DNA of 64,000 nucleotides, taken from assembly GCF_009914755.1 (NCBI RefSeq), contig NC_060940.1; one strand, written 5' to 3'. Both the position numbers and the translations under genes were made by a program. Positions 42,231 to 55,512 of this stretch are shown here, one piece after another (position 1 is the stretch's first letter; each line of letters opens with the position of its first letter). This DNA comes from the human T2T-CHM13v2.0 reference genome, Homo sapiens. The notes under the pieces are model-generated. The model saw nothing but the letters and a program-made list of their open reading frames with translations, had not been told where the DNA came from and did not search any database.

Positions 42231-42630
42231 TGTATTAGTCCAGGGCACTGGATAAGTTGCTGGAACAGAGAGATTCAAATACATAACAGTTCAAGCTGAA
42301 TAAAAGTTTATTTCTCCCTCATGTAACATCCCATAGATGGATGGTGGTCCTGAGAAGGGAGGCAGCTCTGATCCACCGTGTCACTCAGGGTCCCAGGTTC
42401 CTTCTACCATGCTGCTTCATCTGCCCCTGAGGTGTTCTTGTCAGAGCTCAGCACCACCACCAGCAACTTCCTTTTAAGTAAGTGACTCATCACTTCCACT
42501 CACATTTCATTGACAAGAACATGGCTGCCCTAGCTGCACGGGAGGCTGGGAAATGTACTTTCCACTGGGCAGCCTATGGGATCCTAAATGGGAAGAGTAA
42601 ATTTTAGGGGGCAGAAAAGAGTCTCTCCCA
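42231..42630 (-). mobile_element. Old MaLR LTR (MLT1J-like)
   Basis: TGTATTAGTC...AAGTTTATTTCTCCCTCATG...GGAGGCTGGGAAATGTA. Confidence 0.6.
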
Positions 42631-42789
42631 CAGCACCACCCAAGTTTTGCTGAAAGTCTCTTGGGGCCATTTCACAGGTGTTTCAAGACCAACGAGTACC
42701 ACATCCCCTGTCACCAGCCCTGTCTGCTGTCAGCACTGTGGCAATCAGTAGAGACAGCACTGCCCTGGCCAGTGGTCCGTCCCCTTGGG

Positions 42790-42839
42790 CTTCTTAGCTT
42801 GAGAGTGACCTTCTTAGCTTGAGCGTGACCTTCTTAGCT
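42790..42839. repeat. 20-bp minisatellite, 2.5 copies
   Basis: CTTCTTAGCTTGAG(A/C)GTGAC. Confidence 0.9.
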
Positions 42840-44547
42840 AGAAAGCAGAGCCAGAAGCAAGGATTTGGGTGCTGATAGTTGATTTAAGAAGTGATCCCAA
42901 GAAATAAAAGTGAGGAAGCAGGGAGAGCAGAAGGAAAAAAGAAAAAGCCATTAAATTGTGTGTTATTGACCTGATTATCACTGTGGACAACTAGGTGATT
43001 CTACTATGGACCCAATTCTACTATGGACACTGAGGAACTGTCCCTCTGATGGACAGGAGGCTGGGACATTCATCCACTGACTCCCATGTTCCATTGCTTG
43101 AGGACTCTGCCTGGGGGCATTAGCTCCCCTACCTGCCTGAGGGCAGAAAAGTAGAAAGAGAAGGTAGGCACTGGAGATGGGATGCTGTCAGTGTACAGGA
43201 GGGCTGTCCACCAGGGCTGCTGCTGAAATCTGACAAGGGTCTAGGGGACGTGGTGGGAAGCACCAAAAGCATCACACGGAAATGTAGCCAAAGTCACTGG
43301 AAGTGAGAAGAATGTGCTTCTGTCCCTCACACTCACAACCCGCTGATCCATGGGGCAGGGGACATGCCATGCTCTTTTCTCTGAGCCTGGAAATGAACCC
43401 TTAAAATATCTTCATTACAGTTCCTTTGCCCTCATGCAACTCACCCATGCAAACAGTGCCTGGGGATGTCCAATCTGAGCTGAAGCAGAGCCCTGCCCAC
43501 CCACAAAAGTTATCCATTAATTAACGTGTCTGTCTTCTGGAGATTCTGTGAATCAATCAGGTAGAACTGCTTGGCTCTCAATGAATGATAGCTGCTATTA
43601 TTATTATTATTATTATTATTAGCTGGAGGGTTTATAAACAATGCCTGGCTCCCAAGAAGCAGGCTGTGTGTAATCTAAAAGCTAACATAGTTTGGGTTGA
43701 GATTTCACTGTTGTCAAATGATGAAGCCAGGATTTCAACACAGGCAACACGATCCCCAGTGTGTGGCCTAAGCCACTATGGCCCATGACCTCTCCAGGGG
43801 AAATCACTGATGGCATTTATTAAATCATAATGTAATTGTGACTATAATACATGAGCCACCTCAGGAAGTACCCAGGAAGAATGCTCAGGGGTCATAAGGG
43901 AGGCTGCAGGAATTCACAACCAAAGCAAGCTCTCCAGGGCTGCCTCATTCTGTCCCCAACCCTGAGCAAGGCCAGACACTAAACACTGAAGAGACCATCT
44001 CAGCAGTTATCATCACCGAGTCCTTCGATTGCTCCCAACAGATGGAAAGGGGTAGGAGGCACGAATGAAGCTGAGGCCTCAGAGAACACTGAATAATGGT
44101 GCAGGAGTGTTACAGCCATGGCAGAGGCGATTTCAGCTTGGTTAGCTTTTTAGGACACTGCAAAGAAATTGCATGCAGAGGGGGCAGGTGTGGAGGCAGT
44201 GGATGAGTCTGGAAAGCTGCCATGCCACCTGCAATGTGAGAGAGCAAAGGAGGAAGCTCATTAACCACCCATGAATCATTAACTCAGGGTCCCCAGGGGC
44301 ACAGTCACTTAGTTTGCACTTTGCATTTTGTCAGTTTCTTTTCCAGGGTCTCTGGGGACTCCAGTCTGGGATTGGGCTCTCAACTCAGGAAGAAGGTGGC
44401 ACAAGCAACCCTCCCACAGAGGAGCCTGGTAACCATTGTTTGGCCAGAATAACAATGGCTGCCACTTACTGAATGTATCCTTTACTCAGGTAGGGAAACG
44501 GCTCAGAGAGGTTAATTAACTTGCCCAGGGTAGTCAGTTGAAAGTGA

Positions 44548-44910
<363 letters not shown>

Positions 44911-45092
44911 CCCAGTCCATATTCTTAACCATTACATTGCCCTGAGTCTTGCAGGATGGATGACAACAGCCCTCCATGGCTAGCAAGAGTACCCAAGAAT
45001 GCATTAAACAGGTAAGCCGGTCAGAGTGTGTGGGTTATTCAAGTATGCATCAACAGTCCCTTGTTCAGTAAATAAATCCATTCATTGATACT

Positions 45093-45250
45093 TATTTTTT
45101 TTTTGAGACAGGGTCTCACTCTGTCACTCAGATTGGAATGCAGTGGTGTAATCATGGCTCATTGCAGTGTCGAACTCCTGAGCTCAAGCATTCCTCCTAC
45201 CTCAGCCTCCCAAAGTGCTGGGATTACAGGCATGAGCCACTGCGCCCAGC
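45093..45250 (-). mobile_element. Monomeric Alu (FRAM/FAM-like)
   Basis: Single right-type monomer; TSD TCATTGATA(C/T)TTATT; sits in an L2 tail. Confidence 0.85.
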
Positions 45251-46029
45251 TCATTGATATTTATTGAATGCCTCCTATTTGTCTGGCCCTGGGGATGGTG
45301 GAGCGAAGAAGAAAAACTGAATCTTGGCTCTCATGGAGAGGATGGGGGAGAGCGTTAGCACCAGCAACAGTGACCTCACACAGTGAGGGCACTGGGAAGG
45401 AAATAAAAGAGGCAACACAGAGTGATGGTGACACAGGAGAGTGGACTGGAAAGGCCGTCCTGAGGAGGAGACATTTGGCTCAGCCGTGAATGGTGAGAAC
45501 ATACTTTTGGAAAGATCTGGGGAAAGCAACTCCAAGGCATGGGAACAGCAAAAGCCCTGAAGCAAGAACAGACTTGGTATCTTTGAGACCCAGAAAAAAA
45601 AGGTCGTTGAGTTGGGAGGGAGTAGGATGAGAGAATATCAAAGAGACAGGTGGTGACCTGCTCCCACCCCCTCCCCAGGCTGGGTTAGATGCCCCTTCTC
45701 TGTCTCTCATACTTGGCAAATTCTAATTTTCTGTGTCGAGTCTGCTGATCAGCCTCTGAGCTTCTGGTGTCCAGAACAAGTTCAGGGACAGAACTGATGC
45801 TTAACTGGTGTTCACTGAACAAATCTGGCCTGACCCCACAAAGAGAATGTAGTAACTTGGCAGTTTGAGCTTCTGTAGCCACCCAGCAACAGACAGCAAG
45901 TCAAATTTTGCTGCTGACAAGGAGATGAGAGGGATGGCCTAGTACGGCTTCCTTCTGGATTTGGGGAAAGCCTCAGGGCTTTCCACCTAAGGATCAGGGG
46001 TCCCGCGTCTTGGCTGCTCCAGGGTTAGG

Positions 46030-46361
46030 CACATTTCTGTCCCCTCTGCCTGGACCTTCTTCTTCCAGGGCCACGTTGACTCACTTGCTCACCTCTTTCA
46101 GGACTTAACTCTTACATTCCAGGAAGCCTTCCTTGATCTCTCCTCTCCCATCTCTGGAACTTCTATCCCCCTTTCCACCTTAGTTTTTCTCCAGAGCACT
46201 TATCACCCCTTGCCATATATTTTCTATATTTGCTTTGTTTATTGTCTGTCTCCCCACCACTAGGATGTAAGCTTGATAGAAGCAAAGATGTTTGCCTTTT
46301 TGTTAATTGCTGTGCCAACCTCATTAAACGTTGTCACATGAACAAATGAATGAATGAATGA
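46030..46361 (+). mobile_element. L2 3' end
   Basis: TCCAGGAAGCCTTCC...ATTGTCTGTCTCCCC...TGAATGAATGAATGA. Confidence 0.8.
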
Positions 46362-48325
46362 TACCAGAGCCAGAATACTTATAGGGCAGAACAAGCATCA
46401 TCATGGGACACCAGCTAAGCTGTGGCACCCCCAAAATAAGACTGTTTCTGGTTCAATAAATGTATTCAACATTTGCCAATTAGCACATCCACATCTAGAA
46501 AGAAGTTATTTCGACATATACACTTGTGTTTTATGCTTTAGTTTTGTTTTTATTCTGCATTAATATTGGCAGGTCTGGGGAACACCATAATCTTTTCAAC
46601 GCTTAAAGCCTTTAAATCCAGCCTTAAATACCGCAGCTGTCTGTGCTGCTAAACCTTAGCTATGAGATAGAGCCACCTAGTGAAAATTCCAACTTCCATT
46701 GCCTATGTATTTTGTAACCTTTCCTCTAAAATTTAGCATCTAAATCAGTAACTCAACCTCTCCTGTGAATGCGTTTTACGAGGCCAGGATATGGTTTGGA
46801 GAAATGCAGATTCCTGGGCCCAGCAAATCTGGGGATGATGACAAGGCATCATCGTGGGACACCAGCTTAGCAATAGCACCCCCAGAATAAGACTGCTTCC
46901 AGTTCAATAAACCGCTACAAAGAGTCTATTAATGGTGGTATCCATCTGGACCTGCGGCCATAGAGAAGAGACCCAAGCACAGTGGTTATTAAAAAGCCCA
47001 TATCCTTCAAAAATTATGAGTAGATATTATAAATTCCAAAATGATGAAGAGTTCAGGATGAGAAGATGGGGACTCACCCAGAACAAAGCAGCACACTGAT
47101 TTATCCTTTGTCTCCTGACAGCATTCCTTCCCCCGCTGGTCATCCCGCCCAATCACACATGTGACAAGTTATAGCGCTGTATGAAAGGATACTGAAAATT
47201 GGAAAGATTGCTAAATGTCGCCCTGAAAGGTGTTTCCTGTGGCCCATGAATCTCATGCAAAATCATCCCCTTGGAGAAAAGCTTGGGACAAATAGCTAGG
47301 TACCTGAAAATAGTAAACTCCCCCAAATTACTGCTAGCCAAATGAGTCTTTGATATCTCTGAAACTGCCCCAGAACCCAAACTCAATATACTAAAAAAAA
47401 TGGGCTGCTAGCGAAGTCATCGGCCACGCATTGAGCACTTTTGAGTCTAAGACGTTCCCATGTATTATATCATCGCCTCTTTCCTGCAGGCACCTGAGTC
47501 CCGGAGCTCTGGTGGTTTTGCCCAGGGCCAGCCAGGAGACACAGTGTGGTAGTGTGCTCCTCAAGGCATCTGTGACCTGCTCTCCTCAGCTCAGAGAAAG
47601 CCAGCGTGGCGTTTGAGGGAACAACCTCAGCTCCAAAGGGGACGCTGACAAAGGGGGCAGTCCAGCCCTGGGCAGGGTCAGACCCCAGCACCCACAAACA
47701 CCAGGCAGGCCCAGGCTAGGATCACAGGAGCGGGAGTAGGAGTGATGGAGTAACAGCTCGTCTCCACGCTCCCAGCATTCATTCCCTCATCCTCTGGTAG
47801 GTAAGCACCCAACTTTTCTTTGGGGATGGGCTCCTCTCCTACTCTCAGTCCATGCAGTTGAATGGAGTCTACGATGAGCTCAGGACCTCCCCACGGAGGC
47901 CATTATTCGTTCTCCTTTCTTTCTTTACAATGATTGGTTCAGAGCTGAGCACATGACCTGGGCCTGGCCAATCAACAAATAATATCCCATTTCCTTTCTT
48001 TCTCTACAGTGATTGGTTCAGAACTGACCACATGACCCAGGCCAACTAGTATCTAGCTCTCTAACTGCCTTGGGCCATCAAAACTCCCAAATCAAATATT
48101 GTTGACCTGGCTTGTGTCAAGTGCCCATCACTGAATTAGTCACTATGGCCAGGAGCAGATGGGCCCTCACTAGACAGAACTGGTCTGTGGCCGCCCATGG
48201 TGCCCGGGGTGAGGGCAGCTCCACCTGAACACAGAGAGTGGCAAAGGCAAAGTTTCCTGACATAGACGTTCCTGTTCCATTTGTCCCGCAAACGTTTAAA
48301 CATCACACATACTTGGTTAAGGTAG

Positions 48326-48698
<373 letters not shown>

Positions 48699-48744
48699 TG
48701 TTCACCGTCTCATAGAGACATTCACCATTGCTACTGAGTGTGGA

Positions 48745-48925
48745 TAAAACTATGGACACCAGGGTTCAATTTCTAGCTATTCTACTCTGGCTGTTTGCCC
48801 TTGGAAGTTATTTAGCATTCCGTGCCTCTGTTTGCTCATCTGGAAAATGCAGAAAACATTCGTATCTGCCTCACTCGTTTAAAAGAATCAACGTTCTTAG
48901 GACAGTACCTGGCAAGAGTAACTGC
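48745..48925 (+). mobile_element. MIR SINE
   Basis: GGGTTCAAT...CCTTGGAAGTTATTTA...GTGCCTCTGTTTGCTCATCTGGAAAATG. Confidence 0.75.
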
Positions 48926-50287
48926 TGTTGGTTTGGTTTGAGATTCTGAGAACCACTCTTCTGGATCATTCGCACATGCTGTAGTTTGAGTGGAAGTCAT
49001 TAGAGGAGTATCGCTAATAGATAATAGAAAATTGTTTCAATGGCCCCTTCAGAACTAAAGGGTCTCTCTCTTTCCCAATGTCTGTGTTAATTCCTATAAA
49101 AAGACTCAGACCCGACATGGCTTCCAGCCCTTCTGGACCCCTCCTCAGTCTTGTGGGACTGATGGGTTCAGCACTCACATGCCCCACCCTGACTGTAAGA
49201 GCATGGGCCTTGTAATCTGTAAGAGCCCAGGCTCAAGACATCCCAAAAGACTCCTGTCTTGCTCTGAGTCTGTGCTGCTGGGAGGTGAGCGGAATGCAGT
49301 GACATGGAAAAGAAATGAATGGAGCAGAGGGGAAGTGGAAGAGAGGAGTGAGAGGAGCTTGAGTTGAAGTGGGAGGGATGGGGGTGGCCAACAGGGGGAG
49401 AGAGGAGGGAGATGGGATGGGATAGGATGAAGGGAGGAAGAGAGAAGTGGTGAAGTGGGGTAAGATGGGACTTATCTCCTGACCAAGCACACGTCTACCC
49501 CTGACATAGTCATCTAAACATGGAATCAGGGGATGATGATTTGGGGAGGGGACTTCAAGGTTGTCCTCCTTAGTAAGATCAACAAGAGGGAAGAGAACAG
49601 TCACTGTACAGGTAGGTGCAAGTATGGATCCCTCTGAGTGTACCTTTTGGTGCTTACCTACTCAAAGCTCACCAAGCCCTGTGCTTCCCTCTTCCTCAAC
49701 CTGCAGAGCATCTCCCAGAACCCAGCCATGCCCTTAAACATTCCACGAAGACCTTAGTGAAGCACTATGACTTTCAAGCTTTGTTTTCATCCAGTCATTA
49801 GTGGCAGAGGCCACCAGGCTCCCACAGTGAGCCTTCATCAGTGGGAGTCAAATCCCAGGCATCAGGTGAGGACACTGGTGATTAGGTGACTTCCTCCTGT
49901 CCCACAGCCAGTGTCAGAACCTTGTTGAAAATCTACATATTCAGATTCCCAATTTAAATCATGTTGGAGATGGGCTGACAACTGAAGTGGGAAATAGACT
50001 CCAAGAAAAAAAAAAAGAAGTCTGTAAATCAGTGCCTTGCTACTCCTCAGCCCAGGGGAGCTACTCCCACGTCAGGACATGCCCTCCCTTTCCCTCTCCC
50101 CAGACAGAGCTCAGGGCACCCCACAGAGGGTCTCTGAAGAGGGAATGCCAGATTGGAATCCTCAAATATCTGGGGAGCTGGCCAGGTCTTGGCATTCCAG
50201 GGTCATAGATTCACTAATGACTCCCGTTGTTGAGCAGAGCTTGGACTGGTGGGCAGAGTGCTAGGAGGCATAATAGCAAGCAAGGTG

Positions 50288-50518
50288 GGCCAGGCGTGGT
50301 GGCTCAAGCTTGTAATCCCAGCACTTTGAGAGGCCAAGGCAAGTGGATCACCTGAGGTCAGGAGTTCAAGACAACCCTGGCCAACATGGTGAATCCCAAC
50401 TCTACTAAAAATACAAAAGTTAGCCAGATGTGGTGGCATGCACCTGTAGTCCCAGCTAGTCAGAAGGCTGGGAAATACCAAGCGATTCAAGAGAATCGCT
50501 TGAACCCAGGAGGCAGAG
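50288..50518 (+). mobile_element. AluS SINE, 3'-truncated with an internal rearrangement
   Basis: Alu ends at GGAGGCAGAG with no A-tail. Confidence 0.92.
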
Positions 50519-51107
50519 ATATACCTAAGAAGTCCAGAAGTGGATGCTTTGGATATAAATACAGGTAGGTGATATAGAAAAAAGATCCAGACAAGGAGAT
50601 GTCGATGCTCATGTTTCATCATCAGATTTCTGCCTCTCTTCCTCCATCTGCGGCCTCTGATTTTCTGTGTTTAATTTATTCTCAGGCACACTACTTCTAC
50701 GTGGTGGAGAAAATGGCACTTGGAAAATTCAGTTTCAATGGTCCTTTCAGAGCTACAGCATCTGTCTCTCAATGTCTATGTTAATTCCTCTAAAAGGACT
50801 CAGACCTGATGTGGCTCCCAGCCTTCTTGGACCCCTCCTATCTGTGGTACTGATGGGTACAGAACTCACACACCCTACCCTGGGTGTGAGTAAGAGCATG
50901 GGCCTTGTAATCTTGGCTTGTTTGGAAAGAGGAAGGGGAAATTCCAGAAGTGAAGGTCATAACAGTTTTCTGTCAGATGGGGTGGTGGCTCAAAGCAGAG
51001 GTTATGAGCCTGAGTATGTAGCTCCATCACCCAGTGTGAACTTGGGCAAGTCCTTACCTTTTCCCCTCTGCATCCTCTCCATCCACTTCCCTCACTGACA
51101 TTCCAAA

Positions 51108-51116
51108 ACACACACA

Positions 51117-51152
<36 letters not shown>
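51108..51152. repeat. (CA)n microsatellite
   Basis: Direct reading. Confidence 0.95.
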
Positions 51153-51153
<1 letters not shown>

Positions 51154-52400
51154 TTTTATTTTAAGACAATTGTTGATTCACATGCAGTTTTAAGAAATGC
51201 TAGAGATCACAGACCAGGCACAGTGGCTCATGCCTGTAATCCAGGCATTTTGGGAGGTCGAGGCAGGTGGATCACTTGAGGTCAGGAGTTCGAGACTAGC
51301 CTGGCCAATGTGGCGAAACCCCATCTCTACTAAAAATACAAAAATTAGCTGGGAGTGTTGGCATGCACCTGTAATCCCAGCTACTCAAGTGGCTGAGGCA
51401 GAAGAATTGCTTGAACATGGGAAGCGGAGGTTACAGTGAGCCGAGATCGCACCACTGCACTCCGGACTGGGCAACAGAGTGAGACTCTGTCAAAGAATGA
51501 AAGAAAGAAAAAGTAATAATAGAGATCACAGAGCACTTTACTCAACTTTCCCCATAGTAACATCTTGCATACATGTAGTACAATATCACAACCAGGAAAT
51601 TGACATTGATACCATCCACCAATCTTAGATTTTGCCAGCTTTACATGCACTCATGTGAGCTTGTTTGTGTGTTTAGTTCTATGTAGTTTCATCATGTGCA
51701 CAGATTTGTGTGGCCACCGCCACAGTCAAGATCTACCACCAAGAGGTCTGTTGTGCTGTCCTTTTATTGCAACATCTACCTGCCTCCCTCCCCTACTCTC
51801 TGATCTGCAGCGATCATTAATCTGGTCTTCATTTATAATTTTGTAATTTCAAGAATGCTATAGAAATGGAATCATACAGTAGGTAACCTTTCAGGCCTGG
51901 CTTTTTCTTTCACTCAGCATAATTCCCTTGAGATCCATCCAAATGGTTGCATGTATCAATAGCTTGTTCCTTTTTATTGCTGACTAGTAATTCATAGTAT
52001 GGATGTTCCACTGTTTAACTGTTTGCTTTTTGAAGGACATTTGGATTGTTTCCAATTATTGGCTGTTATGAATAAAGCTGCTATGAACGTTCATGTACAG
52101 GCTTTCGTGTGAATGTAAGTTTTCATTTCTCTGGGACAAATGCCCAAAAGTATAATTGCTGGGTCGTTATGGCAAACATATATTTAATTTCGTAAGAAAC
52201 TGCCATATCTTTTTCAGAATGGCTGTTATATTTTACATTGCCACCAGCAATGATTGATTGATCCCAGTCCTCCACATCCTCACCAGCATTTGGCATTATC
52301 TCTATTTTTTTATTTTTACTGTGCCAATAGATGTGTAATGATATCTCATTACACTTGCATTTCCCAGTAGCTAATAATGTTGAACATCTTTTCACGTGGC
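51153..52400 (-). mobile_element. L1MC/MD 3' region interrupted by an Alu
   Basis: GATTCACATGCAGTT...AATGGAATCATACAGTA...AATAAAGCTGCTATGAAC...TGAACATCTTTTCA. Confidence 0.85.
51211..51512 (+). mobile_element. AluSx-type SINE
   Basis: Dimeric Alu; TSD TAGAGATCACAGA. Confidence 0.95.
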
Positions 52401-52542
52401 TCTCGCCCACTTTTGTAAGGAGGTAAAGCTTGAGAATGTTTTCTCACCTGATAAATGGATAGAACAATAGGACAATACCTACCATCCAGAGATGTTGTGA
52501 AAGTTCTCCTAAGCACCTAGCAAATGAGTATTCAAGAAACAT

Positions 52543-53199
<657 letters not shown>

Positions 53200-53234
53200 T
53201 TAATTTTTCGTATTCCTGCAAGAGAGGGGTTAAT

Positions 53235-53410
53235 AGTATAGACTCCAAAGTCAAACAGAACTCCATTCTATCACTGAGAACCCTCTCCCTAAACCTCATT
53301 TTATGTCTCTATTAAATGGGAAGAATAATATTACTTACTTTACAGGGTTGTCATGAAACTGAAATAGATAAGATATGAAAGGCACTTAAAACTGTGCCTA
53401 ATAAGTGCTT
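53235..53410 (+). mobile_element. MIR SINE
   Basis: AAACCTCATTTT...AAATGGGAAGAATAATA...CAGGGTTGTCATG. Confidence 0.7.
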
Positions 53411-54061
53411 AATTCTGTTTTTCCCTCCAGAACTCAGCATATCGGAGGCCCCCAATTAAGCCTTGTCCTTCCAACTGACACTTCATACCTCTCCCACCAT
53501 CATCTCCCAGTGCACCAGGGTCACTTGCTGGGGCCAGGATAGGAAATCCCAGATACAAACTCTCCCTTCAAGGATTTTTTTTTTACCCCACCAGAGCTCT
53601 CCACTGCTCCAGGAGAAGAAACAAAGGATTGGGTCTGAGAGCTGGGTGAGATTACATTTATCTAAGAAGCTTCCAAATGAAAACTAGCATTTGTACTTAT
53701 TGCATTTCACCTCCAAATTTGATTACATTTCTCTCCCGCTGTAAATCTGCCTTTCCTTCTGCCAAGTTATTATTAAATCCAGGACAGAATTGGTGGAGTG
53801 ATACGTAAAATTTCCATCTTGGCTTTGACATTCCAGGAAGTTACAAACCAATTACAGCTGCTGAGCCTCAGGCCTTTATGAATCACAGAGCACAGCAAGG
53901 GATGGAGGAGGCCAGAGTGGGGACGGGAGGGAGACAGTGAGGTGGGAATCAAAGGTCAATTAAAATAAAACAGTCAATTTTAATTTGAATGTCTTGCTTA
54001 TATTCACATCCCATTCCCATAAGTGGAAAAGCAAATGAAGCTTATTCATTTGTGTGGGCAT

Positions 54062-54062
<1 letters not shown>

Positions 54063-54106
<44 letters not shown>
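54063..54106. repeat. (TG)n microsatellite
   Basis: Direct reading. Confidence 0.95.
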
Positions 54107-54108
<2 letters not shown>

Positions 54109-54667
54109 GGACAATAAAGGCTTTTGAAATGGTTTCAGAGTCCCAGAGATTTGAAATTTGAAATGTCCCAGGGAGAAAACATGCAATCTGGTGACCTGCC
54201 CAAATGTCAGGGTAGCTGCCTAAACAAAGAGCCATCAGCGTTAGTCTTGGGGCATGTGAGTCTAAATGACACCAGTTCTAGCTTTGGGAGTTGGATCTCT
54301 GTGTTTGAGCCCTCACTTCATCACTTAATATGAGGAATTTCTCTGTGCCTCTATTTCCTCATTGGTAAAATGAGGACAATAATACCTTTCCCTGTTGATT
54401 ATTTTAGAGATTAAGATAAATAATACAGCTAAGGTGTCAAGCACGACGCCCCACCAGGCGAGTGACATTATTTCCTTTCTCCAAGGAAATAACCGTCAGT
54501 GGGTCCCAAGTCCAACTAAGTGACCTCAAACAGCTACAGTTTGACTAGACCTTGATGTACTGTATGCTTTCCTAATGGTGGCATACGTTCCAAGGCAGTT
54601 GGTTTTCTTTTCCTTCATGTGAACTTCTTTTCCCTGGCCCTCTCCTAAGGGCAAATGGTTGGTTAGA

Positions 54668-54688
54668 TTCAGCACCGTGGACAGCAGA
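54668..54688 (+). promoter_or_regulatory. Canonical RE1/NRSE (REST binding site)
   Basis: TTCAGCACCGTGGACAGCAGA matches TTCAGCACCnnGGACAG at every fixed position. Confidence 0.8.
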
Positions 54689-54842
54689 GATGCTGCCAGC
54701 CAAGGTACCAGAGTTCCATTCATGGACCCTCATCTTGTGGCCCCTTCCTGTCAGCTCATGGCTCAGACATCCTGTGAGCCGTACAGTTGATTTGGTGTTA
54801 GGTTGCAGTCTTAATCTCTGACTTTCAGCAGTATGGGAAATT

Positions 54843-54911
54843 TACTTTCTTTTTTCTTTTTTTCTTTTTTTCTTTTTTCTTTTTTTTTAAGACAGAGTCT
54901 CACTCTGTCAC
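54843..54911 (-). mobile_element. Extremely truncated Alu 3' fragment
   Basis: T-rich tail plus AGACAGAGTCTCACTCTGTCAC only. Confidence 0.75.
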
Positions 54912-55512
54912 AAGATGCATGTGGGGAGAGCTCAAGAGAAGCCCTAGCTGAGGAGGAGGTGATGGTGTTAGTGGGATTGAAGAGGGAAGAAGGCAGAAAA
55001 CAATACCCACACATAACACACCTCTGCCAGACAGTAATCAACACCTGTTAGTTCATCTTCAAGGTTTGGTTCCTGGGAACACCTGCTCCTCTATTCCCTG
55101 AGCATCTGATGTTGTCCTTGAAAGCAGAATGCCAGCCTCCCAGGGAGGAGCAGAGACACCAACAAACAGCTGGCAGAAGTCACCCAGCTGGCCCTCTCTC
55201 CTACTCTCAGCCCTGGGCCTTTGTTTGCGAGGGCCAAGCCATAGGCTACTTTCTCCCTCTGCCTACCACTGGGACCCCCTTGGCAGGAGTCCCTGGTACT
55301 CATGTTTTTTGAGGAATCCAGCCCCACTTTGCCCCATATGCTGAGTGATCAGGTGAGGACTCCAAGCCAGCAAAGGAGAAATCAGAGGGCCCCCTTCCCC
55401 AACCCCCATCTCCCTCCTGGACTTCTGCCCAGGTCTCTCTGTGTCTGACAGTACTGCTCCCAGGGCTGGACTAGGTCACATTTGAAGGAAGTTTTCTCAT
55501 TTGTCTCCATAT

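Noticed and set aside
47913-48043. About 52-bp repeat with about 79-bp period containing GATTGGTTCAG
   Set aside because: Lies in an old MLT1K-like LTR remnant; probably intrinsic to or a minor duplication within that element.
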